This document shows, piece after piece, positions 47,585-60,146 of a stretch of DNA of 64,000 nt. The notes under the pieces are model-generated. The model made no database searches and was not told where the DNA came from. It worked only from the letters and a program-made list of their open reading frames with translations. The stretch comes from Gekko japonicus (Eukaryota), in the NCBI RefSeq assembly GCF_001447785.1, contig NW_015172015.1, positions 309,418 through 373,417 of the forward strand, in the 5' to 3' direction. A program made the translations under genes and the position numbers. Each line of letters begins with the position of its first letter. Within the stretch, counting starts at the first letter, position 1.

Positions 47585-48619
47585 GCATGGAGAATTTGGC
47601 CCAGGGCTCCACTTTTGCCCCTGAGGTCTATGACATATTGATTCAGGCTAGGAAGCCCTCTACAAGTTATTCCTACTCTAGGAAGTGGTCGTTGTTTGAG
47701 GACTGGGCTGGCACCAAGGGTGTCTCGCCTTTCACTTGCCCATTGACTTTAGTTTTCGAATATTTATTATCTTTAGCACATAGGGGGCTGGCAGTTTCCT
47801 CCATTAAGGTACACCTGGCAGCCATTTCAGCACATCATGACTTGGTTGCAGGTTCTTCTTTGTTTGCCCACAAGCTGTCCTGACGCTTCCTTGAGGCCCT
47901 AGTTAATGTTTCCCCCCCGGTTCCTAACATAGTTCCACAGTGGTCTCTCTCTCGCTGGTCTTAGCAAGTCTTATGGGAGCCCCCTTCGAGCCTTTAGCCT
48001 CTTTCTCATTGGCCATGCTGTCTAGAAAGGTGGCATTTCTAATAGCAGTTATGTCTGCTAGGAGGATGAGGGAGTTGGCAGCCCTTAGAGTGGACCTACA
48101 TTTCCTGAAGATTTTCAGTGAGAAGGCCATATTGCACTCTAGCTTTGAGTTTTTGCCCAAGGTGGTTTCTAAGTTCCACCTTGCTCAGGAGGTGGTTCTG
48201 CCTGTTTTTCCTCCATCTTCTACTTCAAGAGCAGAGAAAGCCTTACAGTCCCTGGATATCAGGGGGGCCCTATTATATTATATTGACAAAACAAAGTCTT
48301 TCTGACTGGACAAGAGCCTATTTATTATGCAGGTTCTAAGAAGGGCAAGTCAGCTTCTTCTCAGTCCGTAGCTAGGTGGGTTGTAGCAGCCATCCAATCC
48401 TGTTATGAGGCCTCTAGCAAGCCCTGTCCATTTGACATTAGGGCCCACTCCACCAGGGCACAGGGGTCCTTGGCAGCTTTCCATCTCAGTGTGCTGATCG
48501 TGGACATTTGTAAGGCTGCAACGTGGGCAGCTGAGGACACGTTTGTCAAGCACTATGTGCTGGACCTGCAATCGAGGAAGGAGGTCGGCAAGGCGGTTCT
48601 CCAATCGTTGTTTCAGTGA
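47585..48619 (+). pseudogene. DIRS copy C tyrosine recombinase remnant
   Basis: QARKPSTSYSY, SARRMRELAAL, AHSTRA, FVKHY. Confidence 0.88.
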
Positions 48620-48777
48620 AAATGTCTCCCCTCCTCCTTCTTGGTGAGCAACTCACTAAAATCCCACTGTGGGGCTGCACTGAAGATGGATGATGAAAAC
48701 AAAGTTACACTTATCTGTAACTGAAGTTAATAGATGTCTTCTGTGCGGACACACATTCCCTTCCTCCTTCCCCGCTT

Positions 48778-51078
48778 ACTTATTTATTTATTTGATTTTT
48801 ACCCTGCCCTCCCCGCCAAAGGCAGGCTTAGGGCAGCTTACATAAAAGTTAAAACAGTTAAAAACAAAACAATTATAAAACCAGTCATAAAGTGCTAGTA
48901 TACAATGTCATATAGTGATGGCGAGACATAATAATAATTGTCTTAATAACAGATCGGTCCAAGTAAGGTACAGTAAGGATTGATGTTATAACTATCTCGA
49001 TCTGTTCATACTAGTGAAGCACAGGCTGCTGATGGTAATACCAGGGGACAGGGTCCTATGGTGCAGCTCCTTGATCGAATGCCTGGCAGAAGAGCTCTGT
49101 CTTGCAGACTCTGCGGAACTGTAGGAGGTCCCTCAGGACCCTGATGTCTTCCGGGAGCTCGTTCCACCTGCGTGGAGCTGCCACCAAAAAGGCCCTGGCC
49201 CTGGTCATAGCCAGCCGGGACCCGGGAGGGCCAGACAGTTTTGAGACCCTGACCACAGTGTTCTCTGGGGAACGTGTGGGGAAAGGCAGTCCCACAGGTA
49301 TGTAGGCCCCTGAGCATAAAGGGCTTTAAAGGTGAAAACCAGCACCTTAAAGCAAATTTGGTATGCTATAGGTAGCCAGTGCTGTGCTTTTAGCGCAGGC
49401 TGCATGTGCTTCCACATGGGGCGGCCTAAGAGCATCCTGGCCGCAGCATTCTGCACCAGCTGAAGCTTCTGGATTTGGGTCAAGGGCAGCCCCATGTAGA
49501 GAGCATTACAGCAGTCTAGTCTTGAGGTGACCACTGCATGGATCACTGTTGCCAAGTCGTTGCACTCAAGGAAGGGAACCAACTGCCTAATCAGGTACAT
49601 CAAGTAATCAGGTAAAAGGCTGACTTAGCAGTGGCTGCTACTTGGGCCTCCATCGTTAAGGAGGCATCCAAGAGCACTCCCAGGCTCCTAACCTCTGGCG
49701 CTGGCACCAACAGTGCCCCGTCAAAGGTCGGGACTGGGATCCCTAAACCCAGGCCGCCCGGGTTTGAGCTCAGGACCTCCGTCTTCATCGGATTCAATTT
49801 CAGTTGGCTCAGTCTAAGCCAACCAGCCACGGCTTGTAGCACCAGGTCCAGATCTTCCGGTCTAGAGTCAGACTGGCCGTCCAACAACAGATAGAACTGA
49901 CTGTCATCCACATACTGGTGACAACCCAGCCCAACCCAGTGTCGGTGAGGAGGTGGATCAGTAGCTGATGGTCAGCCGTGCTGAACGCTGCCAACAGGTC
50001 TAACAGCAGCACCACCGTACCGCCTCAATCCAGATGCCTCCAGAGGTCGTCCATGAGGGCAACCAGTGCCGTCTCTGGCCTGGGTGAAAGCGGGACTGGA
50101 AGGGATCTAATGTGGAAATGTCATCCATAAAACTCTGCAGCTGGGCAAATTGGAAACCTGCTGATAGTTACCCAATTTGGCGGGATGGTTTTTTCAAGAG
50201 GGGGCGTACCAATGCTTCCTTAAGTGCCCTAGGGAACAGTCCGTCAGAGAGGGACGCGTTGATGATCTCCCTTAGGGCACTTTGTAGCCCATCACAACCA
50301 ACTTTAATTAGCCACAGTGGGCATGGATCAAGGCTACAAGTGGTAGGGCACACAGTTGAGAGTAATTTGTCGACTTCCTCTAGGCTGAGTGGATTGAAAT
50401 AATCCCAAACCTTACTAGAAGACGTGTATGGAGCCTCGAGGTCACTCACTGTCTCAACTGTGGTGGGGAGGTCGTGGTGGAGCGACAAGACTTTATCTGC
50501 AAAATAGCTTGCAAAGGCCTCACAGCCAATGTCCAATTCCCTAACATTTGGTCTGCCTTGTGGCAGAGTAGTCATGGACGGAATCGCTCTAAATAATTGG
50601 GCTGAGCGTGAGCTCACAGACGCAATTGTGGCCGCGTAATACTCTCTTTTAGCTGCTTTGACTGCCATCTCATAGGATCTCGTAAATGTCCTACAGGATG
50701 CTCTTGTAGCTTCGTCACGGGTGTGCGCCACTGTCTCTCTAGCCGTCTGAGTTTTTGCTTCCTGGGTGAAGCAAGGAGCCAGCCTAAAGCGAGGGTACAG
50801 AGGGCGTTGGGGAGCGATCTCATCGATGGCTGCTGAGAGTTGGCTATGTCAATCCTCAACGAGCTCATCAATCGGATCCCTCAGTGCCATCTGAAGTCAT
50901 ATAGGGGCCATTTGGCTCCATGGGCAAGCTAAAATGTGCTCGCTGCCCAAACAGGGTTGGGGTGGAACATTCACACAGGCCTTCAGGGCATGGTGGTCCA
51001 ACCGTGGCACTGCCATAGCAAAGATCCGGTCCACTGTATCCCCCGCCCAGGCATGTGCCCAGCCTGGTGTGGGGGCCG
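48778..51078 (-). mobile_element. L2 LINE, 5'-truncated, inserted between the ICR and right ITR of DIRS copy C
   Basis: TCSLDPCP, LLDLLAAFSTADH, VTSRLDCCNAL, KLQLVQNAAARML; (TAAA)n tail at the left edge. Confidence 0.88.
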
Positions 51079-52552
51079 TTAGGTTCTTCCTGCTCTGTTG
51101 AGTGCTCTGCAGCGGCCTGGGAGGAACTGAGGGTGGGGGGGTGCCCCCCAAGCATGAGACGGTTTGGGTGCAAAAGTGCTGTCACATCGGCTCCCTTGTG
51201 ATCGTTTAAAGCTAGAAAAACCCTATCCGGCAGACCTGTACAAGTGCAGTCCCAATGTGTGTCTGCACAGAAGACGTCGATGAACATCAGTTACAGGTAA
51301 GCACAACTTTGTTTTACCCCTGAAAACATGTCTGTCTCTGCATGGTTTACTAATAGACCTGTGATTATTATCACAGTATTTGTGTTGGCCTCCTTTCCCT
51401 GACCCAAGGGAATATGTTGGGTCAACTACACTTTACAGCATGGGCACGTATTTATTACTGAAGGTTCTGGAGCTCAAGCATGTTGGTTGTATTTTCTTCT
51501 GTCAAAGGCCTTTCTGCAGAATCAAAGGGAGTCCAACTACATTTAGCTCTTGTATGATGTGTTTGTAAATCCCTTTCCACTGCTGTTATACTCAGATGTA
51601 ACCTGAAGAGAAGGATTTTCTTGCTGTGAGAAGATAGCTTTGCTGCTGCTTTTTTATATTCTTATTAATGTGGTTAGATATGGACTCCAGCACAGGAAAG
51701 GAAACACGAACACTTTAAAGGTATTTTTAAAGCCAAAAATGGATCAACGCAAAATTCAAAAAACGCAGCTGTCAGGCCTGGGGAGGTGATAGTCATCAGT
51801 GCTGATTTTAGTTCCATGTTCCCTTCATTTTACCTGTATTTGTGCTCCAGAAAAAAGTGTGCTTATGTATCATAGTCATGTATAGCTTCCAGATAATGGG
51901 AAAGATAAACATGGGAAAGATAAACATGGGAAAGAATCACAAATGGGATAGAGGTACTTTTCTTTTAATTACCTCACCAAAAATACCCAGTTGTCAGCAA
52001 GCTGCCAAATGGTATTGTATGTTCCTGATCACACTCTGTGTATGTTTTATTTCATGAGGTACTTGCTGTATGTCCCCCCCCCCGTTTCAGTCATCGTCTT
52101 CAGCGGTCTGCTTCTATCCTCATGCACATGCCTAGACGCTGCTTGCTTGCAAGAAGATGCCTCGCTATTTACTGTACCGTTATCTGCTTCAAGGTCACAG
52201 GTGTTAGAACGGAGTACTCTGTGCTTTACTTTTAATGAGGGAAAACTGTGAGAACTGCTTTGCAATGATAACAACCTAGCTGTTGCTTTCTCAGGGAATT
52301 AGGCGCGTAAAACTGCTTTTTGGCTCGAGCGGGAATTATAATAATTGGCTGTCACCATTATGAATTTGCTTTATGCTTTCCAGCTCTGTGAGTTAACGTT
52401 ATTCTGAACAGAGAATCTGTTCAGTGACTCATGGCCTCAATAAAGTTATCCTTTTCTATGAGTGTGACTCCGTTGATTTCGTGAGACCTGACACCAGTAA
52501 CCACACGTAACACTCATAAAAGTGCATGCAGCATAGCCGCCACAACAGAAAT

Positions 52553-52745
52553 GGTTAGATTTGAGGCCAGTAGCACCTTAGGGACCAACAAGATTTTCAG
52601 GATGCAAGCTTTTGAGAGTCCAGGTTCCCTTTGTGAGATACTAAAGGGAGCTTTGACTCGAAAGCTTGTACCCTGCAACTCTTGTTGGTCTCTAAGGTGC
52701 TACTGATCCAGCTGTTCTACTGCAGACCAACACGGTTACCCTCCG
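52553..52745. mobile_element. Penelope-derived inverted-repeat (fold-back) element
   Basis: cagtagcaccttagggaccaacaag ... cttgttggtctctaaggtgctactg arms; same terminus as 55676-55770. Confidence 0.7.
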
Positions 52746-54092
52746 AAACAGAAGCTGATGTCCTATCTGACAGAGATGTGACATTATCTAGGATACAATA
52801 TATTTCAAAGGCTCTGAAGAAACAAAAAACTATTTCTGTGAGACCAAAGAAGTTTCTGACTTGTTTTACTTAATCCATAGACCTCCTGCTGCATGGCATG
52901 CTGCCTTTGAAACCTAAGGGGATTTGAGGCATGGATTGTGATACAGCATGGGATTCAGACATTTGGAGGGAATGTCAAGAGTTCCACTGGGCTAATAGAT
53001 GCTCCTTTTATGAGCTTAAGGAGCTCTTTGGATCCTGACTGCTAAGTCCTTGGAAGATGCAATTTTGCTGCAACAGAAGTGTGATCTCGAAGGTGACATG
53101 AGAACTGTGTGCAGCAAATGAGGATCAAATGCACTTTTTTGTGTGGGTATGTTAAACTTATCTGGCAAAGAAAGGCTTTGGAAGCCACTTAGCACCTGAG
53201 TCTGGCCTCTGCTCAGATGTGCTTGCAGCCCCTCCGTGCTGGAACAGAAGGCTCTGTGCCTTTGTTTTTGAGTCACAGTGTCATCTTGGTGGGGAGCAGC
53301 CAGTTCAGTTTCTCCCCCCCTTCAAAGTCACTTAAGATACTTTAATTAATAGCAGAAGTGCCAGTGGAAAGGTCCCTTGTGTCTTTGAACCGGGTGACTT
53401 TCCCACTTGTTTGGAAAGCAACTCCTCCCATCTTCTTTTGTTTTGTGCCATCTTGCCCACAGCTGCCACCCAGCTCATTTTCTGAGATTCCCACACAATT
53501 GTCTTGGTGGGAAGATGTGAAAATAAGATGTTTTCTATGGAACCCTGAGAAAACTTAGGGAAAATAGGACAACTGGGAATCTGATTTGAACTACTGATTT
53601 AAAATTCATATCTGAAAATGGTGGAAAACACAACAGTGGCCACAGTGGGATTGGAAAAGGTCAGTTTACATTCCAATCCCAAAGAAGGAATGTTCAAACT
53701 ATCACTCAATTATGTCATACACTAGCAAGGTCATGCTCAAAATCCTACAAGGTAGGCTTCAGCAGCATGTGAATAGAGAACTACCAGAAGTACAAGCTGG
53801 GTTTTGAAGAGGTAGAGGAACTAGAGATCAAATTGCCAACATTTGCTGGATTATGGAGAAAGCAAGGGAGTACAAGGAAAACATCTACTTCTGCTTCATT
53901 GACTTTGATTGTGTGGATCACCACAAACTGTGGCAAGTCCTTAAAGAGAAGGGAATACTAGACCACCTCACATGTCTCTTGAGAAACCTGTATAAGGGTC
54001 AAGAAGCAACAGTTAGAACTGGATATGAAACAACTGATTGGTGTAGCATAGGAAAAGGAGTATGGCAAGGATGTATATTGTCACCCTGCTTA

Positions 54093-54605
54093 TCTATATA
54101 TCTAATAGTGAACTTGCCCCCAGAGTGCGGATCGCTAAATCAGCGCTCCGGGGGCAGCTGGGGGGCCGGGGAGGTTTGTGCACACGTGGGCCAATCCCCA
54201 CGTGTGCACAAAAATAAAAAAAGTTTAAAAAATTTTCGGGGGGATGTTTAAATCCCCCCGAAAGTGCAAGAGCGTCTCCTGCACGTGCGCAGGAGACGCT
54301 CTGCGAACGCCAACGCCTCCTCCTCCTCCTCCTCCTCGGAGCCGGCAGGCCGGGTGGGTGGGTNNNNNNNNNNNNNNNNNNNNNNNNNNNNNNNNNNNNN
54401 NNNNNNNNNNNNNNNNNNNNNNNNNNNNNNNNNNNNNNNNNNNNNNNNNNNNNNNNNNNNNNNNNNNNNNNNNNNNNNNNNNNNNNNNNNNNNNNGGGGT
54501 GCACCGGCCTCGCCGCCGCCGCCGCCTCGGGCAGATCAAGTGGGGGGGGGGATGAAGGAGACGGAGCTCTTACCCTCCCCGCGAGTATCGCGGGTCCCCC
54601 TCTTG
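54093..54605 (+). mobile_element. Non-autonomous Helitron inserted in BovB (spans an assembly gap)
   Basis: Inserted between host A and T with no TSD; starts TCTATATATC; 3' hairpin cccgcga-gta-tcgcggg then CTTG (variant of CTAG). Confidence 0.8.
54364..54495. other. Assembly gap (N run)
   Basis: Run of n characters. Confidence 1.
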
Positions 54606-55675
54606 TTTAATAGATATGCAGAGTACATCATGTGAAATGCCGGCCTGGATGAATCACAAACCAGAATTAAGATTGTTAGGAAAAACATCAGCAACCTGAG
54701 ATATGCAGACGATACCACTCTAATGGCAGAAAGTGAAGAGGACCTACAGAGCCTCTTGCCAAGGATGAAAGAGGAGAGCGCAAAAGTTGGCTTGAAACTC
54801 AACATCAAAAAAACTAAGATCATGGCATCCGGCCCCATCACTCCTTGGCAAATAGAAAGTGAAGTCATGGAAGCAGCGACAGACTTCACATTCCTGGGAT
54901 CCAAGACCACTGCAGATGGTGACCACAGCCATGAAATTAAAAGACACCTTCTCCTTGGGAGGAAAGCTATGGCAAACCTTGACAGCATCATAAAAAGTAG
55001 AGACATTACCCTGCCAACAAAAGTCCGCACGGTCAAAGCAATGATATTCCCAGTAGTAATGTATGGCTGTGAGAGTTGGACCATGAGAAAGGCTGAGTGC
55101 TGAAGAATAGATCCTTTCAAATTATGGTGCTGTAGAAGACTCTTGAGAGTCCGTTGGACTGCAAGATCAAATCAGTCAATCCTAAAAGAAATCAACCCTG
55201 ACTGTTCCCTGGAAGGCCAGATACTGAAGCTGAAGCTCAAATACTTTGGCCACCAAATGAAAAGGGAGCACTCACTGGAGAAGACCCTGATGCTGGGAAA
55301 GATTGAAGGTAACAGAAGAAGGGGACAGCAAAGGATGAGATGGTCAGAGAGTGTTATCGATGCAACAAACATGAAATTGAACAAACCAGAGGACGGCAGA
55401 AGACAGGAGGGCCTGGCGTGATGTGGTCCATGGGGTCGTGAAGAGTCGGACTCAACTGTGTGACTGAACAACAACAACAATCTGAAAATGGGCAGTTATC
55501 TGTACTGTTTTCTTTGACCTTAGCCCAGAGGCCAAATCAGGCTTACAAAGCAATTTTAACTGAAGTTATGAAATTTTAATCCAGATGCAGTAAAATCTTT
55601 GACCATGGTCTTGAAAGGAAAATGAAATCCACTTTGGACCACTGTGAGAGACTGATACACCACACTTTAGTGGGA

Positions 55676-55870
55676 GAAAAGAGCAAGAGTCCAGTAGCAC
55701 CTTAAAGATTAACAAAATATGTGGCAGGGTATGAGCTTTCATGAGTCGCTGCTCACTTCTTCAGATACAGCTAAAATGTCAGTCCATCTGTCCTAATTAT
55801 TGGAAAGTGGAGTGATTTCAGATGCTGAATGACATTAGCAGGCAGATGACAATACCAGGTGAATGGCAGT
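55676..55870 (-). mobile_element. Penelope-like element fragment (pseudo-LTR)
   Basis: gagtccagtagcaccttaaagattaacaaaat...gagctttcatgagtcgctgctcacttcttcagatac terminus typical of reptile PLEs. Confidence 0.7.
55729..55768 (-). ncRNA. Minimal type I hammerhead ribozyme-like motif in the Penelope fragment
   Basis: Minus strand GUAU-CUGAAGA-A-GUGAG-cagcga-CUCAU-GAAA-GC-UC-AUAC: stem I, CUGANGA, stem II, GAAA, UH site. Confidence 0.6.
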
Positions 55871-58800
55871 TGCAATTCAGCAGTCTCTCTAATCTCCCTT
55901 TGAAATTCCTTTGTAACAGAACTGCTGTTCTTAGGTGACACTTTAACGATACAGCTCTCTTTTGGGCTGCACATATAATGTCTTGAGCATGCCCAAGCAT
56001 GTGTTCTACAAGTATGCAGCCCATATTGCTAAATAGCACTGTATTTGTGGCAGAGACTGACCGCCCGTAGTATAGCCAAATTGTGGGGTGAACATTTCCT
56101 TCTCTCCCCCCCCCTCCCAGATTGCTGTCTGGAGAATTTGAGTCATGTGTGGGAGGGGCTAGGAATATTCATCTACATGCATGAGACCTGGATAGAAAAC
56201 CTCCTCATCTCTAAACAGAAATATGGTAAGGTTGTCTCAGTGATGCAGTGGGATAATGGAATTATTTTATATTAAATGGCTGACCCTAGGCAAACTCTCT
56301 CTTCTTGTCCCAGTAGATGCTATGCGTTTCTTTATACTGTGAGTTTGTAGGCTGCATGGAGGAGCAGCCACAGATAAATCACTCAAGCCTCGGCTGCCAT
56401 GTCAAGTGAGGTGATCCTGTCATGGATGGATTTAAGAGTCAACAGGACTCCTGCCTGCAAGCAAATCTACTCATAAGTGCCCCAGCCTTCCATTTGAAGT
56501 GGTTAACGAAAGGAGTAGGAGCCTAGTTTGCTTGCGAGACTGAAAATGCTGAGAAATCTATGTGTGGACAAACTTTAGGTGCAGAAAAATACAGTGCTTT
56601 TATTACAAATGCCAGTGCTGTCTGGCACATTACTAAAGGACTGGGAATGCACCAAAATTTCACAATTCTGCATTTAAAAAGAAGAGCACCACACCAGGAT
56701 GAGGTGCAGACTGTTCTGAGGATACACCCCAGGAAAAACAGCTGGTGCAGACCCTGCCCAATCTCTTCTGGAAGGAATAGGAATATATGTGCTGTTTAGA
56801 AGAAGCATCAAATAGGAGTGAGTGATTCCTTCCTTATCCCTTTCCAAATTCTTGCTCTTCTTTGCCTGGGATCATATTGCTGTAACTTCCTAGGCAGCCA
56901 CTGCCTTTTCCCAGTTTAGGCTGGCTGATTCTGGATGACATTTTGCTCCCCATGACTGGTATAAACCTTCATTTCCCTCTCCCTCTCTCTCTCTCTCTAC
57001 TTGGAGTCAGTGAAGGCTCCATGCTGCAATGGCTTCTGCTTGGATAGCCTTTCCCTGCCGCCGGAGATCTGAGAGCTTGGCAGAGGCTGAAGGGGGCTTT
57101 CTTTTCTGGAGAGAAATGGGTGCGGAAGCTGCTCCGGCTTTCATGTCCCTGGCAACATTGTTGTTATTGTTGGATGCCCTTTTTATAGGCTGCTGTTACT
57201 AATCGGGCTGTTTTGCCTAAGCCCCTGTACTCCTGGGAGGAGGAGGAGGAGGTGTTTTTGTTATTGGACCTGTCTCGGCACCAGAGCTGGGGCAGTACTA
57301 AGGCGGGAACACGGGTTTCTGCTACCCCTGAATTATTTGTTGAGCAGTAAAATCATGGACCTGGGTGTGTATTGTGTAGAGTCCTGCTTTGGAGGTTTAA
57401 TGTAATTTAAATGGGAATAGAAATTTCTCTTATTTTTGGGTGGGGCAGGGAGGGCAATATGCAGAGGAGCACAGACCCCTGTTTAATGTAGGGCATATGC
57501 CAATATTTGAGAGAGGTTACACTCTTCTAAGGCACATATAAATTACTTTTACTTAGATTAATAAAAGAAATAATCAGACTTTTGGAAACACCTGATACAT
57601 AAGTGCCTAGGTAGATAGTCAAAGTGCTGTGATCTTTTGAGAATGTCTGGGGCTGGACCTGTGGTACAGTTGCTTGCATGCATTCTTTCTCACAATTTCA
57701 CTTGTCTCAGGCCTTCTGTAAACGAGGGAGACCAGTTCCAGTGAAGTGGAAAGGGAGAGAATGTAGGTTGTGGCTGACTCTCACTGAAGCAGACTAGTTG
57801 GAGTATTCAGCACTGTTAATAACTGCTGTACCTATGATTAAGAAATTGTTCTCTATGGCAGTCAGGTCTACTTAGTGTTGTTTAGCAGAGGTATTTCAGG
57901 TGGTGGACAGCCTGGTGAACCACGATTATATTTGCCAGAGTTAGCATCCTGCTTTGCAATCTGCAGAACAGTGGTGAGATTGTGAAAGCAAAATTCTACA
58001 TGAATGTATGAATTTGTCTTCTGCTTTGAAAAGTTGGGATTTTGTCAGCCCAAATAATGGCTACAGTTGAAGAGACTGTACTAGCATTAAAAAAATCTCT
58101 CTGACTTTATCTATCTGGGGACTCCCATTTGGATTTAAATTTTTTCATTGATCCCTAAGCCCTTCAACTCCTTCCTCACCAGTGCCCACCGTGTGCTGGA
58201 CAGCTCCTTTTCAAAGTGTGCAGCAAGCTGTGTATATACCATGGAGTACTGTCCTCAAAGCAATACAGTGAGAACCACATTGGCTACACTGTAAAAGCAA
58301 GTTTAAGTAAAATATTTGCATTGTCTATATGTGGCCATCAAGATCAGGTCTGAAAGGGCAGCTAATTCTGTGGGGCTGCAGCTCAAAAGGCCCTGACCCA
58401 ACTTCTGAATTTACTAATTGATTAATGACCTCTAGCTAGAGGTCAAGTGAACAAGAGTGCAAAGGGTTTGGAAAAATTTTCAGAGCTGCTCACTGAAATA
58501 GAAAAAGACCAGCAAGTATAAAACCCTAACCTCAGTATTCAATTGGAAACTGCCATTGGCTGTTACGGTTTATGGATGCAGAGTAACATCTCTCTATCTT
58601 GCAGTGAAATCTTTGCATTGGCAAAAAATAGTGAAACCCAGTTTAATCTTATGTCTGAAATATCTGTGATGACTGTATTAGGCTGCTGCCTCCTTGGTGC
58701 CATTCAGTCAATTAGAGTTCCTAGGGCTGAGCCACAAGAGCCTGACAAAGAGTCAGCATGCTTTCTTGCTAGCGCTGTCAGGAGATGTGGAAAAACACGT

Positions 58801-59959
58801 CTTTTTCCCCTAGAAGTCTTGAAGTGCTTCTCCCCCCCCCCCCCCCCCCACAGTTTTTCAAATATCTCTGGGCTCTGCTCAGTATAATGGATAGAGGTGC
58901 CTTGGACAGCACTAAAAAAACAGTCTGATCAAGGGCTGGATTTGAAGGACTATTGCTGATGCTTCTTACTCTTGCAAAATTGAAAATGCTTCTAGAGCAG
59001 CTATTGTAAACCTGATAGTTAAAGGGAAGTGGAGGGATTAACTGTTAGATCAGAGCTAGGAGAACAAATGTTGTCAACTTGTCTGAAGTGAACATCCTGC
59101 AATGTGTGTGTATTTACAGGAGGGCAGGCACTCAGACTGGCAGCAACTTGGGGTTTTTGGAAACCATAGAGACTTCAAGGCATTGCTTTGATATTTTGTT
59201 ATTGCTGTTTGTGCTGGCTACATTATCCCCATGTCCCATGAATTATTTTAAAGTGTTCTCGAGGGCAGAACTGATCAACTGCAGGCTTCTCCACTGCAGC
59301 ACTCAGCCAAGGGGTTTCTGCAGTTCCAGCTGTGTGTGCTTTTTCTTCCTAACCAGACCTTTCAAAATGCTACCCCCCAACCCCTTCCTGCACTTCATAC
59401 CAGGCACACAAACTGGCCTGACAGAGGCCTGAGGCTTAGGGAAGGCCAGTTCACAGATCTCTGAAGCTTGAACTGGGAAACATTGAGCAGAGGAAAGCAT
59501 CACAGTGTCTGCTGAAGGCAGACGACAGCTGCGGTCCCATCTTCAAAGGAAATGAAAAGGTCCCACATGCTTCCATCTAAATATTTTTTTCTAATTGGAT
59601 TTTCATCAAGGGAGGGGGGATAAAGCAGAGCTTGGCTTCTTTCTCTTTTTGCACTCTGTTGCAATTTTTTTTTTTCTTAGACTATTTCTGACACTGTTTG
59701 GTATCCGTAAAGCTAATGTGGGCTTGATGCTGATGAGAACTGTCCAGAGTGTGCCAGTCTGCTCCTGGACTTGCAATGCAGGGAAGAGCTTAGTAATCAC
59801 ATTTTTGGACTAAAAAGTGCTATTTCCAGATTGAATCTTTATTGATGTGCTTCCGTTGATATAAATCTTGAAAGAGAGCGTATGTGTGAGGCTAAGGAAG
59901 AGGAACAGATACTATGATTACTGTGCTTGCTGTATATTTCCAGTCTATGAAGTCTTCTT

Positions 59960-60145
59960 ATTTATTTAGTACATTTTAATCCTTCCCTTCCTCCAAGGTG
60001 CTCCAAGGTGCTCAGAACATTGTTCTCCCTCTTCTATTTCACCCTCACAACAACCCAGTTAGGCTGGGAGTGTATGACTGGCCCAAGATTACCCAGTTAA
60101 GCATCATAACAGAGTGGGGATTTGAACCCGGGTCTTCCAAATACT
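59960..60145 (-). mobile_element. MIR/Squam-type SINE remnant
   Basis: ccctcacaacaaccc...tgactggcccaag...ggatttgaacccgggtct (B box). Confidence 0.6.
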
Positions 60146-60146
60146 G

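Larger units (their letters stand above)
43711..47600 (+). pseudogene. DIRS copy C pol remnant, internally deleted and split by L1
   Basis: DRLACFYAEW, IDLKDTYFHI, YLDD, HISILEL, TDNTT; resumes at 47138 with NHISIRAIHIAASLNSTADQLSR. Confidence 0.85.
41459..51315 (+). mobile_element. DIRS1-like retrotransposon, old and heavily interrupted (copy C)
   Basis: Left ITR 41459-41648 inverted to 51124-about 51270; ICR 48662-48757 pairs with 41459-41494 and 51254-51315; gag Cys/His finger, RT YLDD, RNase H and YR remnants. Confidence 0.92.
53622..55479 (+). mobile_element. BovB (RTE clade) LINE, 5'-truncated
   Basis: GRGTRDQIANI, QGCILSPCL, LRYADDTTLMAESEEDL, VVMYGCESWT; (CAA)n tail; 12-bp TSD atctgaaaatgg at 53610-53621 and 55480-55491. 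Confidence 0.95.

Noticed and set aside
54094-54635. ORFs spanning the N run
   Set aside because: Open only because of ambiguous bases
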